NCBI GenBank assembly: GCA_965649765.1
Contig: OZ287751.1
Location: forward strand, 35,588,001-35,652,000
DNA length: 64,000 nucleotides
Origin: Bispira polyomma
Lineage: Eukaryota
Direction: 5' to 3'
Below the pieces are notes generated by a model, which was not told the DNA's origin, made no database searches, and was given only the letters and a program-made list of their open reading frames with translations. A program made the position numbers and the translations under genes. Each line of letters begins with the position of its first letter. Position 1 is the stretch's first letter. Shown here one piece after another: positions 41,001 to 53,000 of this stretch.

Positions 41001-44000
41001 CCCACACAGTTTTCACGTAGGGCCAAGAGACAGAGGATATACTTAAAACATTATTTTTATAACGTTAGTGCTATACCATGGCAGAGAGAGATGCTTTAGT
41101 AAGTGACTGTGACTATATGTGGTGATGTTATGTTATGGGATTTTTACATTTCTTATTTGAAATCAATCAATCATTCCAGCTGAATTGTTTATACAATAAA
41201 TTGCCTCTGCACAGAAGGTGATTTCAGTGTTCTCATTGTGTTTCTTAAAACTAGTAGGGCATGACCATTCTCCAATAGGTAACGATTGGATCTAAAATGT
41301 TCAGGTTAAACACCAAATGTCAACTTAAAGTTTGAAATGTTAATGTTAAACACCAAAGGCCAAGTTCAAGTTTAAAATGTTCAAGATATACACCAAAGGT
41401 CAACTTAAAGTTTTAAATGTTCAAGTTAAACACCAAAGGTCAAGTTAAAGTTTGAAATGTTTAAGATGTTTAAGTTGTACACCAAAGGCCAAGTTCAAGT
41501 TTGAAATGTTCAAGATATACACCAAAGTTCCATTTTGAAATGTTCAAGTTGATTCCATGAAGGTAAATTTAGAATCCATTAATTTATTTCAATTAAAAAA
41601 GTCAGTATAAATAACATAAAATTAATTTATTCAATAAAATATCATCCCCTAAATATTGTATACATGCACAGGTGAAAATATCACAAATGTCACAATAGCA
41701 CAATTCCCATTCCCCCCTACACACACACACAACTGTCACACCACCACCAATGCCCCCCAAATATCACAATTCGCACCCCCCCCCCCCCCCCCACACATAA
41801 CTGTCACATCACCACCAACGTCCCCCCTCTACTGCTGTGCCACTTTGGCCCGATAGAATGTATGTGACAATATCTGCAGTGCCCGCCTCAGTTGTCTGAG
41901 TGGGCACTGCATGGCCTGAAATGTTTCTTGCATGAATCCATCCCACTGCTGGTCTGTGAGAGATGCTGACTCCAGCCCTATCCAGTGACAAAAGGACATA
42001 ATAGGGTTGGTGGCCACAGTCACCATAGATGCCAGCAGATCTTTGCAATGGGCGGTGGTGATTTGGTCGGCCAGCTGAATAATGATGTCATCGATTCGCC
42101 GGCCACTACCCTTTCCTGACTTTGGCCGCTAACCCTGAGCAGCGCTGCCATGGCTGGTGCTGGGCAGATCAACCTGGCTGAAATCGTAAAGGGCAGGGTG
42201 GGTTGGGCTTGACTTGGCTGGTCTCAAAATTTCCCGGGGAGGAGAGATTGGAGATCTCGTCATCTACCTCCATGTCATCCAGGTTTGGCTGGGGAGACGC
42301 CATCCCCAGCCTACGACTCTCAGATCGGGCCACCAGATGCGCCTCCAGGAATTTGAAGGATCTCAGTGCCCATGTCTGATGTGCAGTTAGTGCCTTTGTT
42401 GCCTAACCAGACTTTGTCTTCTTTTTCAGTTTTCCATAGATTGTCTGCATGGACTTAAACTAGGTGCTGATCCGATCACCTAATAAAAAAGTACAAGGAC
42501 AGCTGTTAAGTATAATGGTATGTATTTGGGTAAGTACATAATGAACCCAGTCACAGCAATAGCTCTGGCCTGTAAACAAAATCTTTTAATACACAATAAC
42601 TGGTAGATAACTGGTCAAGCCAAGCGTACTGTTAACCTAAAACACATGCAGTTGCAATTGTAATTATATATTAATATAACTTATTACTATTATTATACTA
42701 GTAACAACCGGAATAATAAAATCCTACTGACAGTAATTTATTATTGTAAAGCGGACGTCAATTGGATAATTAGACAACATTGGACAAGGTCTTTACAATT
42801 ACTTACATTAAAACTGAAATATATGCAGTCACTATTTTAATATTATTAATAATTAAATAATTATTTAATAGATATTAATATAACTTATTACTACCAACAA
42901 CTGGATTAAAACTTTACTGACAGTCACTTCGCATTCTAAAGCTGAACTGAATTAGATACACTACACAACAAGTTTCTTAAAAAGTTACAAAACATTACAT
43001 TACATTACAATCTAAACCAAATGTAAAACTGAAATACATGCACACAATTAAAATTAGATATTAAATGCAACTTACCAGTGATCCGATGCTCTCTCCCTGT
43101 CTGGCCATCAACCGGGACTTCTTGGCCCTGTTCTTAAAGTCACAGAGTGACTGATCATGGAAGAGAGGTTGCGCTGCCAAAAAACCCACCATCAGCTGTG
43201 ACATTGGCTTCAGTAATCTTTAACATAACCCCAGCCAACATGGTTCCTGAGACAGAAGAAATTCCTCAGTGTCTTCCCTTTTCTTCCCCTTCCACTTTCC
43301 CTTCTTTGTAAGAACTTTTGGAGGTATTATTATATATCAAATAAAGCTTTTTAACTAGTTGAAGAAGTAAAATCCAATAATATTCAGTAGTAGAACCGTC
43401 CGCGTACACCAAAGGCCTCAATGAAACTGATCGCCAAAAAGCAAAGATCACCTAATTATACCCTGTGACACCTATCACCGACCAGTCTTTTCTTGCTCTT
43501 TAGTAGATCGGTGAGAGGAATCCCATTGGTCACCGACCGGTGGGAGGCTTTTTTGAAATAATAGAAGAGCGCTCTCCGACAATTTGATTGGTCGGCGATA
43601 GGTGGTGAGTCCACGTAGGGATTAGTTGCAGATTGGTAAGAGACTGAATGGAGAACAATGAATACTCGTCAGGGATTTTCTTTTGACGTCAGACATGTCG
43701 GCGACAGGGGATGAGACCTCGGGGATTGTTTGCACAACTGCATAGGGATTAGTCACCGTCTGGCTGAGATCATCAAATAGTGCTTTTTTGCTCGAAAACC
43801 CATCTTCAGACTAGTCAGAGACAGATTTAAGATGGGTTGCCGATTAAAAAGAATTAAAGGCCAGTTAAAGACAAACAAAAACCTGTGAAGAGTTGTGGCA
43901 TGGGGGTGGCACGTTCTAAGGAACCTATCGAAGATTAGTGGAAGATAAAATAAAGACCTCCAGCAACCATCTAGATCGTAGAGAGGAATCACTTGTAAAC

Positions 44001-47000
44001 AAAGTAGCCTCTCCACGGGCAGAACCTATTCAGGATCAACAAGAATCTAGCATAACCCCCAGCAACCTCCATGGATTGAACGCAAGAGAGTTTAAAGATT
44101 ACAAAAGACCTCAAGCAACCTATCATAAATTAAATTGTAATTCTTGGATTCCTAACCTTTCCTGTTGGGTGAAGTTAGATGTTGTTGTCTCTTAGCTTTG
44201 CAATGTGATATATCATGTTTAAAGGAGCTTTGGAAGCATTCTAGGGTTTTGTTCCTAGGGTTGGGTTTTTAGTTAAATTTTGGTCTAAATTTATCCTTAA
44301 TATTTCTATGATCTTGGGGTTCTTGATCTGATTCAGTATCAGAGGCGTTCCTCTATACAGAAATAACTTATACTCTGGTCTCTCTATACACAAATAACCT
44401 ATACTCTGGTCTCTCTATACACAAATAACCTATACTCTGGTCTCTCTATGCACAAATAACCTATACTCTGGTCTCTCTATACACAAATAACCTATACTCT
44501 GGTATCTCTCTATACACAAATAACCTATACTCTGGTATCTCTCTATACACAAATAACCTATATACTGGTCTCTCTATACACAAATAACCTATACTCTGGT
44601 CTCTCTATGCACAAATAACCTATACTCTGGTCTCTCTATACACAAATAACCGATACTCTGGTATCTCTCTGTACACAAATAACCTATACTCTGGTATCTC
44701 TCTATACACATATAACCTATATACTGGTCTCTCTATACACAAATAACCTATACTCTGGTCTCTCTATACACAAATAACCTATACTCTGGTATCTCTCTAT
44801 ACACAAATAACCTATACTCGGGTCTCTCTATACACAAATAACCTATACTCTGGTCTCTCTATGCACAAATAACCTATACTCTGGTCTCTCTATACACAAA
44901 TAACCTATACTCTGGTATCTCTCTATACACAAATAACCTATACTCTGGTATCTCTCTATACACAAATAACCTATATACTGGTCTCTCTATACACAAATAA
45001 CCTATACTCTGGTCTCTCTATACACAAATAACCTATACTCTGGTATCTCTCTATACACAAATAACCTATACTCGGGTCTCTCTATACACAAATAACCTAT
45101 AATCTGGTATCTCTCTATACACAAATAACCTATACTCGGGTCTCTATACACAAATAACCTATACTCTGGTATCTCTCTATACACAAATAACCTATACTCT
45201 GGTATCTCTGTACACACGAATAACCTATACTTGGGTCTCTCTATAGACAAATAACCTATACTCTGGTCTCTTTATATAGAAATAACCTATACTGGTTTTG
45301 AATCATTCAGTGTTGAAATTTAAAAAAAAATTAGATTTTACAATGCATTACTCAAGCAAGAAGTATGAGTTAGGCTTGAGATTTTGCAGAATAAGGCTAC
45401 TCATATGTAATAATTAGAGCTTGATAAAGTAACTTTATTTCCTGTGTTTGTTTTTGTACGACTGCTGTTATTCTAATAATAAAAAAATGATTACCGGACC
45501 ATTGACAGGGTTATAATATTATAGACATTGATAGAATATAATACACAGATGTAAACAATGCATGATGTACATTCAAAGCATCCATTGAGTGTTATCAAAC
45601 ATTTTGCACAAAAATATGAACATGTCATAAAAAAATAAGTTGTTGACTTACAAAGTCACGAATGTTGCAGTGGGATCGACAAATATTAAAACATATACTT
45701 GACGGAGATATAATTTACATTTCAGGTGTGAGCTAAACATAAGATATGAAAAGGGAACACCAAGTCAAAAAGGCACTATTTGGGCATTTATTAAAATCAT
45801 ATAACATATAACTATACTTAGTGTTTGTTAAAACTACTTATGTACACATTTGTTTGATCAAATATAATTTTAACATCTTACGGCTAAGTTACATATAACT
45901 GACTTATTAACTGTATTTAGTTTGAAATTATTGAGACTAATACAGAAATATTATGTAACTACTTATTCTCAAGAATTACTAACAACCTTATGCACCAATA
46001 GTGCAATGTCCAAAGTAACTCCCAGAAAAGAGTATTGTGAGCAAGGAGAGTATCAGGAAAATTTCTAGAACCTTTCTATTCTGATATTTGGAACCAATAA
46101 GGAGAAATGACGTTTTCTGCAGGTTCAGTTTCATTTCAGAATAATTCATATAAGATTCAATTGATGTGAGGCAGCTGGAGAGCTGATCAAGGACTTAGGA
46201 ACAATTATGCTGGCTTAGGGAGCAATAGATTTGTACATCATCTGCATAAATGTGATAGTTGATATTCTGGTATCAGGATAATACTTTTCCTAGTTGAGTT
46301 GTGTACAGTGAAAAAAGGTTACCCAGGCGACAACCTTGTAGGACAGATCAAAGGGACATGACTCGACTTTACTGACCATGATAACTTAACCGGTCTAGAT
46401 AAGCATTGGTCCATAGAAGAACATAATCTGATAAACCAAACCAAAAAATTAGGTATTCATAAGTATTTTGTAGCAAACGAAGCAGACAAGTCAAGAAGGA
46501 TTAGGGCAACTACACCATTTCTATCAAAGACCATGTTGTTATCACTGCTAATTTTAAGTAGTGCTGCTTCAGTTGAATATATTTTGTACAGGATGATTGG
46601 TGTAGGTTACCCATATGGTTGATGGACAAGTTTTTTTTTATATGAAGTGCAACTAGACAAAGCTCGGATTTATTTCTAACTTTTAAAGTAGAGGAATAGC
46701 ATAGTTCTAAAAGACCTAAAAGTTTTTTATGTTTGCGATTCAATAGGACAACATATCAATCCTGTAGTGAGAAAATAGAGATTCGGTCCAGTTATTTTTG
46801 TTCTTTTTGGCATTTTGAAAGGAGCCTATTATGATTGGAACCATATCAGCAACTGCTTGCTTGCGAATGATAAAAAACTATTTGAAAAGAAGTTGTCACA
46901 GTGGTAATCATGTTTTTCCAAATTAGGCTAAAGTTCAGCAGCAGCAAGATATTATAGCAGTAAATATGTTCTGAAAATTTGGTGAGTACAATGGTTTTTT

Positions 47001-50000
47001 GAGAGTGTTATCAAAGAAAATTTCTCTATGCATGACGACGCTAGTATGACCATGTGCAAACCAAAACATCAACCAGATGCATAAATTATGAGCTGTAAGA
47101 ACTCAACAAACAAACCTTCCATTGACTCTCGCCTCCCACCTCTAAAATTATGGATTGGAATCTCACTCGCAGCACACATGTATGACATAGCATATAACTA
47201 GACCTAGCGCATCGGAGAACCGATGCATATTTGTATCCACCAAAAAGACAAAGCACCCGCGGCAGCAAGCACTCTAGCTAGCACATAAGCTAGCACCCGT
47301 GGTAGCAAGCTCTCTAGCTAGTACCCAATCTAGAAGCCTATGATTTTCTTTAGGGCATTTATGCTAAAGCCTAAAATGGCACAAGTGGGTTTGACATTGG
47401 AAACCTGTGGGACCAATAATAAGTCTGTGATAGGCACTTTAAAGTTTGGCGTACCCATTTGACCTTGAATGATGGGTCCAAAATTAAATGTGACCAAAAG
47501 ATTAGCCGCCCATGATTTCCTTTAGGTTGGTTTCACATCCCAAACCTCTAAAACCATGATTTTCCACAGTTTGGTTTCACATCCCAAAACTGTAGAACCA
47601 ATAATAAGCCAGTTACAAGCACTTTTAAGTTTGGCTATCCTAATCTAACCTTGAAGGAGGGGCCCAAGGTCAAATCTGACCACATTAGAAGATTCCCAGC
47701 CCATGATTACCTATAAGTTGGTTTTACATTGCAAACCTGTAGGACCATCAATAAGCGAGTTATAAGCACTTTTAAGTTTGGCTATCCTCGTTTGACCTTG
47801 AAGGAGGGGCCCAAAGTCAAACCTGACGACATCAGAAGACTCCCAGCCCATGATTTTCTATAGGTTGGTTCGCATCTCAAAACTGTAGGACCAATAATAA
47901 GCAGTTATAAGCACTTTTAAGTTTAACTACCCTTGTCTGATCTTAAAGGATGGGCCCAAGGTCAAATCTGACCAAAAAATTTCCGAATGCTTGTAGAGGA
48001 TATATATATCTATTATACATATCACCTATGAAGAGATTCAACCTTCTAGTTACGAGAACCAGCCAGTGGAAAAAGGTAGATAATTTTCAAAGAAATGCCC
48101 ATAACCGCCATCTTGTTTTTCAGAACGAGGCTAATTTCAGTCGCAGAGATGCTTACCTTCCCATAAAGATATCCTGCAAATTTGGTAAAGCTAGTTGGTC
48201 TCTCTGTGGCGGCGGCGGCGTAGTGAAGGCTAAACCAAAGTGCCCACCGATCTCTGGATTGGTGGATACAATTATTACACCTTACCTGAGTGGAACTGTA
48301 TCCTCCAAAAGAAGTCCTCACTGTAGACAACCATCTGGCCACTGGAGCAGCTTTGTCACTTTCACCTTTCAGACAATACGTAAGCAGGGCATAAGCGGCC
48401 ATTTCTACACTGTTACTGCGAGGCCATAAGTAAGGTGGTCTCCAATATGTGTACTTACTGGCACGATCCCTGCTTTCCCAGTGAACCTTGCCATCTGGAT
48501 AAAAAGGTAGAGTAAAGGAGTCCAAATATTTTTTTAAAGTGTACTTTTTTGTTAAGAGCAAAGTTTTGATTGGATAATCGAATATTCATAAAATAGAATA
48601 GGCATATGTATAAAACTGTACGAAACAATAGCGAAACAGAAACTTGGGATACTAAAATGAGTCATAAAATCAAATATTTGAATATTATTATTTTAGATAA
48701 TAAAGGTTCTTCTCTGTAGTCTAAAATAAACTTAGGTTAAACCTTTAAATCAAACCTTAGCAGACCGGACAAAATATCTTTAAATTAAGCAGGATTCTAC
48801 CTTGTTTAATAGCCAAGCTCTCCAGGTATTCCAGACATTTAGCAGCCTTTTCACTGGATGTGTCACACAGGAAGTAACAGGTCAGAGACAAGACATAAGC
48901 ATTGTCTTTTACACTGTACAGACGACTTTCAAGATATTGCTGACATTTGATAATGGCTTGTTGTACTTTGTTCCGTATGTACTGTTTCAGATTAGGATCA
49001 TTGTAAAATAAATATAATAATGGAAACATATATACTTTAACACAACAAATGATTAAAGACATTAAACTAGAGGGGCACTTAGTAGGGTGCATCTCATCAA
49101 GGCACCTACAGTGCCAAAAAGTGAAAAACCAATTCCTCAAATCGTCTTATTCTGTAGGCTTGCTGCCTAATTTTAATAGATTTTTTTCTGGGCCATGCCA
49201 GATCCGGTTTGTGTAATCCTAGTGACAAACAGGGTAAAATATATATTGCTTGGTGTAGGCAAGGGATTAAAAAGATGAAAATATAGAAAAAAGTGATGAT
49301 AATTATTGCTTCAGAAGGGATTTAATGATGCAATATAATCCCTTGTAGTTAATTGCACTGTATTACACCTGCTACTATCAATCTCTAGATTTTACCTAAA
49401 AACATAAAGATCACCTGTCCACTTACATACTTCAAGTCATCCACAACCTCTCTAAGTACTTTAGCAACATATGCCGTCAAAGACACACCATCAGAAACCC
49501 CTCCTTGTAAGGGAGAATAGATCACTTTGCTATCTTTAGGTTCCTTGAGAAAAACAAAGATATACCGAATTTTTGTAATACAGGACCTGACTCTAATTAT
49601 AGCCCTTTATCAAAGCAAATTTTAAATCATCAACTGCTAACAACTCATGTACTACTGTAACAGTAATAGTTTGAAATATGCGGTAAAGATAAGTGAAGGC
49701 AGTAAAAGATATTGTTTGAGGGTTTATTTGCAAGTTAATATTTACAAAAATATACAAAATACACATTTACAGAATGTAAGGATAACATTGTTAAAATCCA
49801 TACAGTACGTAACAACAGACAGGCATGGAAAATGCAGCCGAATAATAAAGACTAGCCTATAAAAATTTACATAAAATATACTTTATAAAACTTCATAAAA
49901 AGTCACTATAAAATAACTATCTCTCATACATGTATATACCATTAGTATATCCAAAAACATGATAATAGTAAAACAATTTGGTCATAAATGTCACATAAAT

Positions 50001-53000
50001 CAACATTTCATTTCATTAGTCCTGAACCATAGCTAGGAGTAAATCTTCCATAAATAATAATTATACACACTCACCATTTCGGTGGAGTATATGACATAAT
50101 GAATCAACACTAATTTGGTGCCAAAATGGTCACCAAAGGACACAGAAAATCGCATGGCCTTGCCTTTATCAAAGTTTAACAACATATTATATTACATTTG
50201 CAGAGCAGCACTCTGCACTTTAACATGTTATGACCCAATAGCCATTGCTGATCCATAATAACAAATTGTAGGAATTTGTCCAAAGCAAGTTTTAAATGAT
50301 CCTTACCTAAGTGTACTTATATCCTTATGACATATGTATACATTTTAGCCAAATTAATTCTTAACATTCAGACCAGGTGATTCAGGTTTGATGTCACGCA
50401 TCGGCCACATAACTGATGAGAACCTGGGTCTTGTGGCAACTAATCACATAGCAGGAGCAGGTCCCCCCCGCAGAGCTCCTAAGCCTCTCCGGTAGCCCAC
50501 ACCAGAGGGTGGTTTACAAAGGAAGACCTGCCTCCACACAGTCCCAGACTCTAACCCGTCATGTGCTGTGAATAAATAAATTTTTGGATTTCTCTCAGTT
50601 GCTTATCCCACTTTTTGTCGTGGTAGGAAACGGTTTTCAGCAAGTTACCAGGTAGCTGTGGTAAGGGGAGGGGGTGGAAAAATAAAATCTATTGTTCTCT
50701 CCTTTATGTTGACATAAATCAAAATATATATTGGAGAATAGCAAAGTGTAGCTACAAGTAACAAGTGTGCTTAATGTGATTGGTTTAGAGCCTGATAGTC
50801 AAATGGTGGGGATAATGTGATTGCATTCGCCAAGGCTAAAGGTAGCAATAAATAATAGGGTGGTCGACTGAACTAGCAGTCCCATAAAGAGGCCGGCTGT
50901 GCAAACCATCAGTAAAAATCAAAGCATTGTTGGGGAGAAAAAAGTAGTCTACACCAGCTTCTATTATCGTTCAGGTTTTTTGCTGTCGTCTTTATTATTT
51001 TATGACATAATTTTTATATAATCCTAACAACATTGAATTGTTGTCACATATTTTACTGCATATTATTCAACTTCATAGATATAAGCAATAGTTTGAAGTC
51101 CATTTTAAGAATTTCCTTAAACTTGCTACGTTTCCAAGTTGAGTCGTGGTTATATATTACTGCACACGCTCATCAAAACACCCCAGATTTTCAAAGATTT
51201 CTGGTTTTGGTGCATGTTCCTGTACATGTTTAACAAATGTTGTACCGCCATATATCAATGTTTAACAAAAATATAGATACAGAGTAAAAACACTACACTG
51301 AAGTAGACATTTTTATAAATTAAGCCTTCTGTTGCTAATACTCAAATAATACAGTAACTAAATTATGATTATCCTTGTACACATTAATGAAACTATTCGT
51401 GAGCTATCTACCCTTGTTTCATGTACAAACTTTATAAATACATGTGTTAGGATATTGTACTGTACAGGGAATATGTGTACACTGTAGATGTGAATATAAT
51501 ACTCTATAAGTGTGTTTTAGAAGATCAGTGAGAAAGATCAATACTTCTGTGCATACAGTTTCTGTGTTTATCTGGGCTATCATGCCTTGTCCTGTTAGCT
51601 CATTCATAATGTAGTAAAGTTTTATAAGACTAAAGTTGTGTTAATTACAATATTCAAACCTTGAAACTGCCATCATCCTTCTGATGTCCGAGTATGAAAC
51701 TTGCTGCATTGTCAATTATTTCCTGATAAATTCCAATATAGGTTTTAGCTTGTTGAAAACACCTTGCAACAAATGCTGTTATCCTGCAATGCAGTGGAAT
51801 AATTTAAAAACAAAAGAAACATTGTACACAAAAATTAGTATATTTAGCTCCTTTATTTTTAAAATTTAAAATGCATGTATAGTTTAACCCTTTTTGAGTT
51901 AAACTCAGAGGACCAGGAGGAAATAACTCTACACAGAAATGTTTTTGACTTGACACTGTATATTTAAAAGAAAAGGCTATTGAAGGACTACAGATTTTTA
52001 TCCACATAAAAGGGAAAATGCACTTAAAAGATTACTACTTAAAGGGGTTCAACAGTATACTGGTTCACATTGTATATATAAGAGTCTGTACAAGTTTGTT
52101 GTATAAAGTAGACTAGCTTTGTCGCAAATGGTAAGGATGTATTACTCCAATTATTTCATATCTACATAAGATGGTAATTACATTTCTTAATCAGTTTAAA
52201 TGAGATGGTTTGTAGATATTACAAACAGAGACAACTGAGTTCAACTGTAATCTAACATCTATTTTGAAAATCCCAGGGTCAGTATTCTTGTAACATATTG
52301 GTACTAGAAAACTTCTATTGTTTCACTTTTCCAAATTAATTTTTAAATAGAAATAAGCCTGTTGAGCTTATAATTTATTGGCAAATAATGGACAGTCTTC
52401 TGGTGTAATTCTATCTGAAGTAAGTCCTTTATTTGACAAATAAGTGAAACACTGTCGGACTTGCTACAGTTTGAGATTAAGATGGCCTTATTGATGCGAT
52501 CCTTGATAAAATAGGATCCAAAGTTTAGACAGAATATGTATGTGATATTAGAATTAACAAGGACTTACCATAAATTACCAACTTCACGACCAAAGGCACT
52601 GAAAGAACCGTCATATCTTCTAAATTTTAGCTCTCTCTGATAGCCTAGGATGAAAAGAAAATCAATTTGATATTGGCAACCCTACATTAATCAACATAAC
52701 ATGACTCTGTTTTGTACAGTGAATACTAGAATCGTTCCATATACAAATTTATAACATGCAATAACGAAAATTCTATATAGAAATGTGTGTAACTAAAAAC
52801 AAATGATGGCTTGATAAATTGATTAACCACTATGCAGTTTAAAGTAAAATAGATCAATCTGTATTTGTTACTAAACTTATAAAGCTACTAGCATAGCATA
52901 TATGAAGGTACACCTGTAGCCCAGTTATAAGCATCTGCTTAGTCTGTATGTATCAGTGGCCTCCTGAGGAGAGTGGTTTTTGACTCTCACTGCTTCCTTC

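Larger units (their letters stand above)
39690..44130. mobile_element. PIF/Harbinger transposon remnant with two convergent ORFs; ends not resolved
   Basis: HARBI1-like nuclease on + and MADF/Myb-like ORF on -. Confidence 0.85.

Noticed and set aside
44351-45295. CRISPR-like array and ORF 45002..45250
   Set aside because: Units are head-to-tail with no unique spacers, there are no cas genes and the context is eukaryotic; the ORF is translated minisatellite.
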